Source: Patescibacteria group bacterium
GTDB taxonomy: Bacteria > Patescibacteriota > Patescibacteriia > UBA10025 > JAHIVO01
DNA length: 64,000 nucleotides
Reading direction: 5' to 3'
Assembly: GCA_041660605.1 (NCBI GenBank)
Contig: JBAZWB010000001.1
Coordinates: 558,503 to 622,502, forward strand
Shown: piece by piece, positions 44,833 through 54,997 of the stretch
Numbering within the stretch: position 1 is the first letter of the stretch
How the letters are laid out: every line of letters begins with the position of its first letter
Translations under genes and position numbers: made by a program
Notes under the pieces: model-generated
Databases searched by the model: none
What the model was told of the DNA's origin: nothing
The model's input: the letters and a program-made list of their open reading frames with translations, nothing else

Positions 44833-45051
44833 TTATTTCTGAGTTTTTTCAATATCTTTATATTGCTCCCACATTTCCAGGCCCTCAATAAATTCTTCAT
44901 GGCCAGCGTCGGTACCGGCCAGGCAGGAAGTGCATTCCCCGAATACTTCACCTGCTTTGTACTCTTTTTTAAAACCGCAGGGTACGCAGACATAATGGCT
45001 TGATTCGGGAACCTGGTCTCCTTTATTGAAAGTTTGTTTTTTTTCCGGCAT
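44833..45051 (-). CDS. Small zinc-ribbon protein (72 aa) between alr and ddl
   Basis: YVCVPCGF...CTSCLAG (CxxC-x16-CxxC). Fits exactly between the alr stop and the ddl start. Confidence 0.5.
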   Translation of the reverse strand: MPEKKQTFNKGDQVPESSHYVCVPCGFKKEYKAGEVFGECTSCLAGTDAGHEEFIEGLEMWEQYKDIEKTQK

Positions 45052-45056
45052 ATATT

Positions 45057-46199
45057 TTATTTAATAATCTGTCTGGGCATTAAAGGATTGATTCTGGTTA
45101 CTATTTCATAATTAATCGTGTTAATTTTTTTTGCCAAATCATCTGCCGTGACAGAGAGTTTTCCCGACTGGCCTATTAATATGACTTTATCTCCTGCTTT
45201 GACGTTTTTCAGGCTGGTAACGTCTACCATGGACAGATTCATGCAAATTCTTCCCCTGATTTTGCATTTTTTATTGTTTATCAATACTTCTCCGCAATTT
45301 GAAAGCCGGCGATCATAGCCATCCCAGTATCCAACAGGAATGACAGCAATCTTCATTCGTTTATTTGCCGAAAAAGTTCCGGAATACCCAATTTTTGTGC
45401 CTCTGGGTATTCTCTTTATCTGGATTATTCTGGTGTACCACGATAAGGCAGGGATGAGTTTTATTCTTTTTTTAATATTACGGGTAAATTTCGCGCTATT
45501 TTCGATAGACGAAAGACCATAAGCTGAAATGCCGATCCTAACCAGATTAAAAAAACTCTGGGGGTTAAGCAAGGCCGCTGCTGAACAAGCCAAGTGCTTG
45601 TAATGAATTACAATGCCCTGCTCCTCAATTTCTTTTATTACTTTTTTAAAAATAATAATTTGCTTGTTAGTTATGGACTGGTCAGGATTTTCTGCATCGG
45701 AAAAGTGCGAAAATATTCCCTCAATTTGTATATTCTTGAGCTGGCTAATTGCGGTAACGGTTTTTACAGTTTCTGAGGGCATTAATCCCAGCCTGGTGGT
45801 GCCGGTATCTATTTTTATGTGTAGTCTAGCTGTTTTTTTAAGCCGTTGTGCAATTAATGAAATTCTTTTGGCTGCTTGATATCCGTAAATTGCCAAAGAA
45901 ATATCCTTTTTTACAGCCAGTGGCAAAAGTCCAGGGTTAAAAAAACTCAAAACCAATATTTTCGATTTAATTTTGTTATTGCGTAAACTAAGCGCTTCCT
46001 CCAAATTAACTGTCCCGAGCCACTTCACGCTGGCAGCACCGAATATTTTAGCGCACTGAACCAGCCCATGCCCGTAGGCATTTGATTTTACCACTGCCAT
46101 TAACTGAGTCTCTTTTGGAAGATATCGGAAAAATTCCTTGATATTGTGCGTAAGTGCCGTTTTTGATATCTCTATCCAGGTTATTTCTGCTTGTTTCAT
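45057..46199 (-). CDS. alr: Alanine racemase
   Basis: AVVKSNAYGHG PLP-lysine motif. 380 aa. Confidence 0.85.
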   Translation of the reverse strand: MKQAEITWIEISKTALTHNIKEFFRYLPKETQLMAVVKSNAYGHGLVQCAKIFGAASVKWLGTVNLEEALSLRNNKIKSKILVLSFFNPGLLPLAVKKDISLAIYGYQAAKRISLIAQRLKKTARLHIKIDTGTTRLGLMPSETVKTVTAISQLKNIQIEGIFSHFSDAENPDQSITNKQIIIFKKVIKEIEEQGIVIHYKHLACSAAALLNPQSFFNLVRIGISAYGLSSIENSAKFTRNIKKRIKLIPALSWYTRIIQIKRIPRGTKIGYSGTFSANKRMKIAVIPVGYWDGYDRRLSNCGEVLINNKKCKIRGRICMNLSMVDVTSLKNVKAGDKVILIGQSGKLSVTADDLAKKINTINYEIVTRINPLMPRQIIK

Positions 46200-47461
46200 T
46201 TTTTTCTGATTTCGGTAAAGTTACAAAATTTATGCAATTTTTCCGGTACTTTTACTGAGCTGTCTTCCTGTTGGCAGTTTTCAATGATTGATAATAAAGT
46301 CCTTGGCGTGATAGCAGTGGCATTTAGAATATGCGGAAAATAAAGTATATTTTCCTTATCTCTGTATTTAATATTGTTCCTTCTGGCCTGAAAATCTGTG
46401 CAATTTGAAGCGGAATGAGTCTCTCTGTATTTATTCTCAGACGGCATCCAACATTCCAGATCTATTACTTTTGCTGAGGGCTTAGGCAGATCGCCGGTAC
46501 AAACCATCAGTAGCTGATAAGGCAATCCCAAGCCTTCAATAATCGTTTTCTGAATTCCAAGGAGTTCCTCAAATATTTCCCAGGAGTTCTGCGGAGCAGA
46601 AATGACCACCATTTCCTGCTTATCAAACTGATGCACTCTCAGAATGCCCTTAGTATCTTTTCCATAACTGCCTGCTTCCCTCCGAAAACAACTGGAAAAA
46701 GTCGTATAGCGCAGCGGCAATTCTGATGATTTTAATATTTCATCACTATGGTACGGCAAAAGAGCATGTTCACCAGTACCAACTAAATAAAGCTTATCTT
46801 TGCTGATAAAATACGCTTCCTGCCCTTCTGTATAGGAATTATAGCCGGAATTATGCATTACCTCTTCTTTCACCAATGAAGGGCTGTAAAAAGGGATAAA
46901 GTTCTCCTTAAGCAGTATTTCCAAAGTGTATTGGATTAGGGCATTCCATAATAATGCTCCTTCTTTCTTTAAATAACCAAACCTCGGACCGCTGACTTTT
47001 GCTGCACGCTTAGTATCAATAATATCCAAATTTTCAGCAATTTCCAGATAACTTTTTGGTTTAAAGCTAAACTTTGGCAAGTTACCGATTTTTTTTATGA
47101 CTTTGTTCTCGCTTTCGTCTTTTCCGACATTAACGTCTTCTGCTGGTAAATTTGGCAAATCCAGTGTCAGTTTTTGCAAAGCAGATTTTATATTTTTTAT
47201 TTCTTCCTCCAGCTTAGCTTCTTGCGCCGTTAGATCCGTTAACTGTTGGATTTTTTCAACTTTTTCTTCTTTGGTAAATTTGCTGATATTTTTATTAAAA
47301 GAATTTTTTTGGTTTTTTAATTCTTCAATCTTCTGCAAATTTTCCCGATACTGTTTATCATGCTCGATTATTTCTGTAATAGCAACATCCTTTACATTAC
47401 GTTTTTTAAAAGCCTGTCTGAAGAAATCAGTATTTTTTCGCAATAATTTAATATCAATCAT
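46196..47461 (-). CDS. serS: Seryl-tRNA synthetase
   Basis: N-terminal coiled-coil arm. Class II motifs including FRREAGSYGKDTKGILRVHQFDKQE. Confidence 0.9.
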   Translation of the reverse strand: MIDIKLLRKNTDFFRQAFKKRNVKDVAITEIIEHDKQYRENLQKIEELKNQKNSFNKNISKFTKEEKVEKIQQLTDLTAQEAKLEEEIKNIKSALQKLTLDLPNLPAEDVNVGKDESENKVIKKIGNLPKFSFKPKSYLEIAENLDIIDTKRAAKVSGPRFGYLKKEGALLWNALIQYTLEILLKENFIPFYSPSLVKEEVMHNSGYNSYTEGQEAYFISKDKLYLVGTGEHALLPYHSDEILKSSELPLRYTTFSSCFRREAGSYGKDTKGILRVHQFDKQEMVVISAPQNSWEIFEELLGIQKTIIEGLGLPYQLLMVCTGDLPKPSAKVIDLECWMPSENKYRETHSASNCTDFQARRNNIKYRDKENILYFPHILNATAITPRTLLSIIENCQQEDSSVKVPEKLHKFCNFTEIRKK

Positions 47462-47467
47462 ATAATT

Positions 47468-47932
47468 TTATTTATTGTCACTGGCGTCTTCCGGGGTAGC
47501 AACTACTTTTTTTTCAAATCTATGTTCAATCCGGCCAAGTATAACTAAGACAATTAATGATCCGACTGTGGCTGAAATTGCCAGGAAGTAATATCCTAAT
47601 CCTACGGCCATGCCGATGGCAGCTACTACCCATATGCTGGCAGCTGTAGTCAAACCATGGACAGATCCCCTGCCCTGGATTATCGCCCCAGCGCCGAGAA
47701 AACCAATACCGGTAACTATTTGTCCGACAATCCGGCCGATATCAGCGCCTCCATTAATGTTAAAATCGTAGAATATATTCAGTGCAACTAAAGAAATAAT
47801 AGTAGAACCCAATCCTACTAAAACATTCGTTCGAAAACCGGCCGGTTTATGGTAATGTTTTCTCTCTAATCCAATTAAACCGCACAGGATGATGGATAAA
47901 ACGATTCGTAGAATAATAGTCGGGTTGTCCAT
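47468..47932 (-). CDS. MgtC/SapB family membrane protein
   Basis: 154 aa. GLERKHYHKPAGFRTNVLVGLGSTII. Confidence 0.7.
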   Translation of the reverse strand: MDNPTIILRIVLSIILCGLIGLERKHYHKPAGFRTNVLVGLGSTIISLVALNIFYDFNINGGADIGRIVGQIVTGIGFLGAGAIIQGRGSVHGLTTAASIWVVAAIGMAVGLGYYFLAISATVGSLIVLVILGRIEHRFEKKVVATPEDASDNK

Positions 47933-47947
47933 ATTTTTATAAATTAT

Positions 47948-48514
47948 TTATAATCCTAAATCATTGGCAATATTTTTCATTCCTGCTAGCACGTTGCCTA
48001 TATGTTCATCAATGGTTTGACCCAGAATTTCTGCGCCTTTATAAATTTCTACCCTTTTTACCGTTTTGGCAAAAGCTTTGTCTTTCAGTTTTTTCTTGAT
48101 TGATTTTATCTCAACTTCACTGAGAATTTTATGAGGCTTGACTAAAGCTACCGCAACGATAAAACCGCATAATTCATCTACGGCAAAAATGGTTTTTTTG
48201 AGAGCGGTATCCAATGATATTCCTGTATGCGCAGAGTGTGCCAGTATCGCTTCTGTAAATTCATCAGAATATCTTTCTTTTTTTAAAATTTCAACTCCTT
48301 TGTATGGATGATCTTTCGGTTCGGGGTATTTTTCATAATCAAAATCATGAAGCAGTCCGACATTCCCCCAATAAGTTTCATTTTCATGAAATTTTTTTGC
48401 GTAGCATTTCATCGCTGCCTCCACGGCGAGCATGTGTTTTATAAGGTTCTGATTGGTAACGTATTTGTTTAATAATTTAACGCACTTTTCCCTGTTGATA
48501 TCAATTTCGTTCAT
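47948..48514 (-). CDS. HD (HDIG-like) domain phosphohydrolase
   Basis: 188 aa. H...GLLHDFDY...H...D pattern. Confidence 0.65.
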   Translation of the reverse strand: MNEIDINREKCVKLLNKYVTNQNLIKHMLAVEAAMKCYAKKFHENETYWGNVGLLHDFDYEKYPEPKDHPYKGVEILKKERYSDEFTEAILAHSAHTGISLDTALKKTIFAVDELCGFIVAVALVKPHKILSEVEIKSIKKKLKDKAFAKTVKRVEIYKGAEILGQTIDEHIGNVLAGMKNIANDLGL

Positions 48515-48515
48515 T

Positions 48516-49973
48516 TTACTTTTTTGGTTTAAGCGTAGGAAAAAGAATAATTTCTTTGATCGAATGAGATCCTGTCAGCAAAGCTACCAGACGATCTATG
48601 CCTATGCCAATGCCGGCAGTTGGAGGCATCCCATATTCTAGCGCTTCGATATACTCCAAGTCGATTCTTTGGGCTTCATGGTCGCCCTGCTTTCTGAGTT
48701 TTTCCTGATCCAGAAATCTTTCTTTTTGATCAGCCGGATCATTCAATTCTGAAAAGGCATTGCATAATTCTTTGCCAGCCGCAACCAGTTGAAATCTCTC
48801 TACGTAACCATTCTCATTTTCTTTGCGTTTTGCCAATGGAGAAAGTTCTATCGGATAATCAGTGATAAAAGTGGGTTGTACTAAATTTGGCAGGATGAGT
48901 GCTTTAAAAATTTCATCAAGCATTTTAGGTCTGCTGGAATTTGCCGGCACATCAAGCTTTTTATTTTTTACAAATTTTGTTAATTCATCTTTTTCAATAT
49001 CTATCTCAGCAAATTTTTTACAGGCTTCTTTAAAATTCAATTTTTGGAAAGGCGGGGTAAAGTTAATCTTGTTCTTTTCAAATTCAATCTCAGGAGAGCC
49101 AAATACTTCAGTGAGCAGATCAAATAACAGCTTTTCGGTGAAATTCATAAGTTTGATGTAATCCCAGTAAGCTGCATAAAATTCAACTTGCGTAAATTCA
49201 GGATTATGATTCCGATCGATTCCTTCATTGCGGAAACAACGTGCTATTTCAAAGACTTTTTCAAAACCGCCGATAATCAGCCTTTTTAAATATAATTCCG
49301 GGGCGATACGGAGGTATAAATCGCAATCAAGGCTATTGTGATGAGTTTTAAAAGGCTCGGCATTTGCGCCTCCCGGTATTGTCTGTAAAATTGGCGTTTC
49401 TACTTCTAAAAAACCGGCATTTTCCAGCAGGCTTCTCAATGTCTTTATTATCTTTGAGCGCAAAGAAAAATTGTTTTTGACAGACGGATTGACGATCAGA
49501 TCCAAATATCTCTGACGGTAGCGTATTTCAACATCCGAAAGGCCGTGCCATTTTTCCGGCAAAGGCCTTAGTGATTTGCTGATCAAGGCAAAAGTTTTTA
49601 TCTGCAGGGTCTTTTCGCCTTTTTTTGTTTTGAATAAATTCCCGGAAGCGCTGATGAAGTCGCCAATATCAAGAAAGTTAGACATTTGTTCGTAAGATTG
49701 CTGACCAACCACATCTTTTTTATAATATACCTGCATTGAATCAGTACCATCGGCAATATGCATGAAAGTTGAACCGCCATGTCCGCGAATGCTCTTGATT
49801 CTTCCGACAATGCCGAACTCCTCACCGGACATTTCTAGCTTATTGAAATTGAGCAATAATTCATGGATTGTCGATGACCTTTGAGCTTTAGCTGGGTAAG
49901 GATTAATGCCATTTTTCTTAACCTGCCGTGTTTTTTCTTGCCTAAATTTGATTTCTTCTTCAAGACGGGACAT
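48516..49973 (-). CDS. lysS: Lysyl-tRNA synthetase (class II)
   Basis: N-terminal OB fold. FRNEGIDRNHNPEFTQVEFY motif 2. Confidence 0.9.
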   Translation of the reverse strand: MSRLEEEIKFRQEKTRQVKKNGINPYPAKAQRSSTIHELLLNFNKLEMSGEEFGIVGRIKSIRGHGGSTFMHIADGTDSMQVYYKKDVVGQQSYEQMSNFLDIGDFISASGNLFKTKKGEKTLQIKTFALISKSLRPLPEKWHGLSDVEIRYRQRYLDLIVNPSVKNNFSLRSKIIKTLRSLLENAGFLEVETPILQTIPGGANAEPFKTHHNSLDCDLYLRIAPELYLKRLIIGGFEKVFEIARCFRNEGIDRNHNPEFTQVEFYAAYWDYIKLMNFTEKLLFDLLTEVFGSPEIEFEKNKINFTPPFQKLNFKEACKKFAEIDIEKDELTKFVKNKKLDVPANSSRPKMLDEIFKALILPNLVQPTFITDYPIELSPLAKRKENENGYVERFQLVAAGKELCNAFSELNDPADQKERFLDQEKLRKQGDHEAQRIDLEYIEALEYGMPPTAGIGIGIDRLVALLTGSHSIKEIILFPTLKPKK

Positions 49974-50065
49974 ATATTTTTATTATAAATATTGACTTAA
50001 TAATAACAAAAAACGGGCTTTTTTACAAGATTAAACCCGCCTTTGCGATTGACTTGGATTGCTAA

Positions 50066-50530
50066 TTATATAATAGCGATAATTTTAAATTTTTTACTGC
50101 CCTGGGGAACCTTTATTTCGATCGTATCGCCTGTTTTTTTGCCTAAAAATGCCTTACCCAGAGGCGATTCATTTGATATTTTGCCTCGGGAGGGGTCAGC
50201 TTCATTTGAGCCAACTATATAATATTCTTTAGTTTTATCGTCTTCGCTAATTTTAATCTTTGAACCGACTCGGACCTCGCCAGTGGCTTTTGACTGTTTG
50301 ATAATTGTAGCATTCTTGATGATTGATTCGATTTCTAAAACGCGGCCTTCCGCAAATGATTGCTCATTCTTCGCTTCAACATATTCTGCATTTTCGGACA
50401 AATCTCCAAGTTCTTTTGCTTCCTGAATTCTTTCGGCGATTTCTTTGCGTTTGGTCGTTTTTAATTCACTCAATTCATGCTTTAATTTATCTAAGCCGTC
50501 TTTAGTTATAAAAGTATTTTGTTCAGTCAT
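50066..50530 (-). CDS. greA: Transcription elongation factor GreA
   Basis: 154 aa. LGDLSENAEY acidic coiled-coil tip and C-terminal FKBP-like domain. Confidence 0.9.
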   Translation of the reverse strand: MTEQNTFITKDGLDKLKHELSELKTTKRKEIAERIQEAKELGDLSENAEYVEAKNEQSFAEGRVLEIESIIKNATIIKQSKATGEVRVGSKIKISEDDKTKEYYIVGSNEADPSRGKISNESPLGKAFLGKKTGDTIEIKVPQGSKKFKIIAII

Positions 50531-50628
50531 TTTTTATTAATATAAAAATCAACAAAATAAAAACCTCATTAAATAATGAAGCATCAATTTTATTATTTTA
50601 TTATCTATCTTTTATCTTAAGCAAATTA

Positions 50629-50658
50629 TTTATATAATTTTTGCCGCCTACTGTCAAG
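50629..50658 (-). promoter_or_regulatory. Promoter TTGACA-18-TATAAA upstream of greA
   Basis: Read on the minus strand from the reverse complement of 50629-50658. Confidence 0.35.
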
Positions 50659-50675
50659 GCAGTTATCCACAGTAT

Positions 50676-52598
50676 TTATTCTGCAATGTTGAACCAAGCT
50701 TTTAAACCTTCGCGTGCTACAGGTAAAGCGCTTAAGTGTCCTTCGCCTCCGCCTTCGATAACTACGGTTATGGCAATTTCAGGGTTATCATAAGGGGCAT
50801 AACAGGTAAACCAGCCATGGGACTTACCTTCATTGCCAAATTGCGCCGTACCGGTCTTTCCGGCAACAGCCACCGGAAAATTGTTCAATATACTTGAGCT
50901 GCCCGTAGTTACACCTTGTCTTAGGCCCTCCTGTACGATACGGATATTTTGTGATGAAATAAAATTATTACGTATAATTTCCGGTACAAGATCCGATGAA
51001 GTGTTATTTTTTTGATTTAAAAAAGATTTAATTAAATACGGTCTGTAAAATGTTCCGCCATTTGCTATGGTTGCAGTATATGAAGCCACCTGAAGTGGCG
51101 TTACCAGAAGGTCTCCCTGGCCGATGGCCAGATGATAAGTATCTCCGATGTACCATGGCTCTCCTTTTGTCTTTTCTTTCCAATCTTTATCCGGGAGAAA
51201 TCCGCTAGCCTCACCAGGCAAATCAATACCTAGCGGAGAATTTAATCCAAATAAAGACAGGTATTTCTTGATTTTTTCGACTCCTAAGCCTGTAAAATTA
51301 TTGTTATCACCTCCCCCGATCATATAGAAGTAGGTATTTACAGATTCAGCCAAAGCTTTTTTTATATCCGTAACTCCATGTCCGCCGGCTTTCCAGTCTG
51401 GAAAAAACCATTTATCAATTTGAATTCCGCCAGAACTTAGAAATGTAGTATATTCATTGACTATGCCTTCTTGCAGAGCCGCAGAAGCAATTAATGGTTT
51501 AATCGTTGAGCCAGAAGGATATTCAGCGGAAATCGACCGGTCAAATAAGGGACGCTCCGGATTTGAAATTATGTTATTGTATTCATCAGATGAGACGCCC
51601 AGAGTAAAATTATTGTCATTAAATGACGGGTATGAAACTAAGGCAAGCACTTCTCCTGTTTTTGGGTCAATAGCGACCGCAGAACCTCCGGTAGCTGATT
51701 TATTAACCTTTAGTTCATTTTCAAGGGCATTATATAAAGCTGACTGAAGTTTTTCGTCCAGGGTGAGGGTTAAATTTCTTCCTTGTGTTGGCTGTGTTTC
51801 CGCAACTACCTTTTTTTCTTTACCAAAGGAATCTACCTCAATTTCTTTCTTACCTTTTTCGCCTTTTAATTCAGATTCATAATATGATTCCAGGCCAGAC
51901 TTTCCCACATAATCATCCAAAGTGTAATTGTCTAATGTTTTATATTCTTCAGTGGTTAATTTTCCCACATAACCTAAAACATGTGAAAATGAAAAATCAT
52001 TTGAATATTTTCTGAAACTGTCAGTTTTCAAACCTATACCCGGCCAATTACTACTGGATATTTTCAGTAATATTGCCTGATCATATGGGATATGATCCGC
52101 CAAGACAACCGGCTGATATGATGTCGCATCAGCAGCGCTGATTGTCTCTTTTAATTTTTGGAAGTCGATTTTTAATATTGAAGAGATCTTATCAATAATA
52201 TTATTTTTTTCAGCTTCATTATTTGTAAAATCAGCAGGTATAAGTTGTAAAACGAAGTTGGGTATATTATAGGCCAATACATTACCGTTTCTGTCAAGAA
52301 TATTCCCACGCGGTGCTTTGATCTCCTCAACTCTGATTCTGTTTTCTTCAGCAGCCAATTTATATTCATCGCCACGTATGATCTGCAGATAACCGGTACG
52401 AAAAAAAAGTACAGAGAAAAAGATAATTATAATAATAAAAAACCATCGAAGTTTGCTTAGGTCGAAGTTTAAGGAAATATGCTCTTCATTGCTCGAAAAA
52501 GGACTGATTAAATCGTCATCGGGCGCATCTATCCGATATTTTTTCTGTTCACCTTCTTCGTCAAAAGTGGTATCAATTTCAAAAATGTTTTTTTTCAT
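50676..52598 (-). CDS. mrdA: Penicillin-binding protein 2 (elongasome transpeptidase)
   Basis: 640 aa. N-terminal TM, STIKP (SxxK), SSG and KTGTAQ motifs. Downstream of mreBCD. Confidence 0.85.
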   Translation of the reverse strand: MKKNIFEIDTTFDEEGEQKKYRIDAPDDDLISPFSSNEEHISLNFDLSKLRWFFIIIIIFFSVLFFRTGYLQIIRGDEYKLAAEENRIRVEEIKAPRGNILDRNGNVLAYNIPNFVLQLIPADFTNNEAEKNNIIDKISSILKIDFQKLKETISAADATSYQPVVLADHIPYDQAILLKISSSNWPGIGLKTDSFRKYSNDFSFSHVLGYVGKLTTEEYKTLDNYTLDDYVGKSGLESYYESELKGEKGKKEIEVDSFGKEKKVVAETQPTQGRNLTLTLDEKLQSALYNALENELKVNKSATGGSAVAIDPKTGEVLALVSYPSFNDNNFTLGVSSDEYNNIISNPERPLFDRSISAEYPSGSTIKPLIASAALQEGIVNEYTTFLSSGGIQIDKWFFPDWKAGGHGVTDIKKALAESVNTYFYMIGGGDNNNFTGLGVEKIKKYLSLFGLNSPLGIDLPGEASGFLPDKDWKEKTKGEPWYIGDTYHLAIGQGDLLVTPLQVASYTATIANGGTFYRPYLIKSFLNQKNNTSSDLVPEIIRNNFISSQNIRIVQEGLRQGVTTGSSSILNNFPVAVAGKTGTAQFGNEGKSHGWFTCYAPYDNPEIAITVVIEGGGEGHLSALPVAREGLKAWFNIAE

Positions 52599-53125
52599 TA
52601 GACACTAAAAATGAATTTATTTCTAAATTTTGTTTTTATAAATTTTAAAGAAAAGTAAATTATTGACATTAAAATTATCTGGAAGGCTAGTTGAATAATT
52701 AAATTATTTAAATAACTAGGGTTTAGCTTTATGGTAAAATCATTCCAACCTAACCAATAAAAAATATTCGTAAATGACCATAGTACTAAATTATATACCA
52801 GCAATGAAACTATGATAGCCAAAATGAGTGTAAAAATTGACTTATGAGCAATAAATTTAATGAAAATTACATGCATGACAGGCACAGTGGCCGCTAGTGA
52901 GAGAGTTATTATACCAAAACTAAATGGCGAGTAAATATCTAGCACCAGACCAGAGATAATGGCAAATATAAGTGCTGTTTTATAATCCTTTAAAATGGAG
53001 AATAAAACAACCATAAGAACTATTAGGTTAAGATATTGATTGAAAATATTAAATTCAAATAAAAAGCTAATCTGAAAAAGCGCGATTAAAATTGCAAAAA
53101 TGCCAAAAGTTATCCATTTAGTCAT
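52598..53125 (-). CDS. mreD: Rod shape-determining protein MreD (by position; polytopic membrane)
   Basis: 175 aa, 5 TM, between mreC and mrdA. Confidence 0.5.
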   Translation of the reverse strand: MTKWITFGIFAILIALFQISFLFEFNIFNQYLNLIVLMVVLFSILKDYKTALIFAIISGLVLDIYSPFSFGIITLSLAATVPVMHVIFIKFIAHKSIFTLILAIIVSLLVYNLVLWSFTNIFYWLGWNDFTIKLNPSYLNNLIIQLAFQIILMSIIYFSLKFIKTKFRNKFIFSV

Positions 53126-53933
53126 TATAAGGTAATATTACGGTTATAATAGAAATTTTTTCATAATCAACGGGAGGCTCAACGATTGCCTGCTGAAATA
53201 ACTCTCCCGTGATCGAAGTCTTTTCTTTTATAATTCCAATAATCAAATTTGAAGGGATAAAATCTTCCAGGCCAGAGGTGATAATTGTCTGACCAATATC
53301 AAGCGGCTGATTTTGCGGTATTAGCTCCATCTGCAATGCAATGCCGAATTGTCCTTTGACGATACCCGGCGTTTTCGCCTCATTTTGAGTGATAGCGCTA
53401 AATTGGCTGCGGTTATCATTTAACAACATGACGATTGATGTATTTTCATTAACATCGATAATTTTTCCAATCAAAATACCGCTATTAACCATTACCGGGT
53501 AACCGATTTTTATGCCGTCTCTGTTTCCTTTGTTGATGACGACGGCTTTCAATGTTTGATCAGAATTTCTGCCGACTACTTTTCCAATCACAGAATTATA
53601 ATTATGCTCGGTGACAAAGTTCAATTGTTCTTCGATAAGTTTGCTGTCTTCAATTTTCTGTTTTAAATCCCCATTTTCAACCATCAAATTTGCAATTGTG
53701 TTCTTAAATTCATCATTTTCTCTTTTCAGTCTTTGCACGCTGGAAAAATATACTGATATGTTTTTTATCTGCTGCGCTCCTTGAGAAAAAAATGTTTGCA
53801 CTGGACGAAAAACAGTTGTGGCGACATTTTCTACAGGTCCGAGAGCGTTTATTCTGTATAAAAAAACTATCACTATTATTCCAGTGATACTAATAAATAT
53901 AATCCCCCACTTCGATCTGATGAATTTCCGCAT
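53118..53933 (-). CDS. mreC: Rod shape-determining protein MreC
   Basis: 271 aa. N-terminal TM, coiled coil, beta-rich C-domain. Confidence 0.7.
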   Translation of the reverse strand: MRKFIRSKWGIIFISITGIIVIVFLYRINALGPVENVATTVFRPVQTFFSQGAQQIKNISVYFSSVQRLKRENDEFKNTIANLMVENGDLKQKIEDSKLIEEQLNFVTEHNYNSVIGKVVGRNSDQTLKAVVINKGNRDGIKIGYPVMVNSGILIGKIIDVNENTSIVMLLNDNRSQFSAITQNEAKTPGIVKGQFGIALQMELIPQNQPLDIGQTIITSGLEDFIPSNLIIGIIKEKTSITGELFQQAIVEPPVDYEKISIITVILPYND

Positions 53934-53935
53934 TG

Positions 53936-54997
53936 TTAATCAGTTAATTTATCTTCATTAGCGGAGGAGGACAAAATTTCCTGTAAATTTTCCAAATCAT
54001 CAAGAACAATTCCCGTGCCTCTGACCACGGCGGTCAAGGGATCGTCAGTTACATGAACAGGAATTTTCGTCTCTTGTTTTATCAGGGTATCCAATCCTTT
54101 CAATAAAGCGCCTCCACCTGACAGTACAATCCCCCGTTCAAAAATATCTGCCACTAATTCCGGTGGTGTAATTTCTATAGTGGATTTGATATTTTCAACT
54201 ATCATACGAAGTGACCTGGAAATAGCTTCCCTGATTTGATTTCCATTAATAATTACTTCTTTTGGCAAGCCCGAGATCAAATCTCTGCCTCGCATTGTTG
54301 ACTCAAACGGATCATCTGAAGCTAATGCTGAGCCAATCTTTATTTTTATGTTTTCTGCCGTACGTTCTCCAAGTAGTAAGTTGAAATGATCACGAGCATA
54401 TTGAATAATATTTTGATCAAATTCATCGCCTGCTATCCTTAATGATTTCCAGGTAATCACGCCACCAAGGGAAATTACGGCGATTTCCGTTGTACCTCCG
54501 CCAATATCAACTATCATATTTCCTGCTGCATCTTGTATCGGTAATCTGGCACCGATAGCTGCGGCCATCGGTTCTTCTATCAGAAAGGCTTCCCTGGCGC
54601 CGGCGTTCAGACAGGCATCTTCGACCGCTTTTCTTTCGACTTCCGTAACGCCAAGAGGCAAACCAATAACAATGCGCGGGCGTGGAAGGATAGAAAAACT
54701 CTCTTTGTGTACCTTATCAATGAAGTATTTCAGCATTTTTTCTGTAACTTCAAAATCAGAAATCACTCCATCCACCAAAGGTTTAGAAGCGACGATATGC
54801 GCCGGCGTCTTGCCAATCATTTTCCTTGCTTCCTCGCCAACTGCGAGAATCTGATCATTGCGAATGTTGATGGCCACAACTGATGGTTCATTTATTACGA
54901 TTCCCTTATCTTTTACATAGACAAGCGTATTAGCAGTCCCGAGATCAATACCCATGTCTTTTGAAAATTTTCCAAAAAAGTTGTTAAAAAGTGACAC
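53936..54997 (-). CDS. mreB: Rod shape-determining protein MreB
   Basis: MGIDLGTANTLVYVKDKGIVINEPSVVA actin-fold phosphate-1 motif. Confidence 0.9.
   Translation of the reverse strand: MSLFNNFFGKFSKDMGIDLGTANTLVYVKDKGIVINEPSVVAINIRNDQILAVGEEARKMIGKTPAHIVASKPLVDGVISDFEVTEKMLKYFIDKVHKESFSILPRPRIVIGLPLGVTEVERKAVEDACLNAGAREAFLIEEPMAAAIGARLPIQDAAGNMIVDIGGGTTEIAVISLGGVITWKSLRIAGDEFDQNIIQYARDHFNLLLGERTAENIKIKIGSALASDDPFESTMRGRDLISGLPKEVIINGNQIREAISRSLRMIVENIKSTIEITPPELVADIFERGIVLSGGGALLKGLDTLIKQETKIPVHVTDDPLTAVVRGTGIVLDDLENLQEILSSSANEDKLTD

Noticed and set aside
44823-44993. 5' extension of the ddl ORF (the ORF track starts at 44993)
   Set aside because: The extension overlaps the well-positioned 72-aa zinc-ribbon ORF in another frame. 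The conserved Ddl N-terminus ([13 protein letters not shown]) begins at the internal Met (44822).
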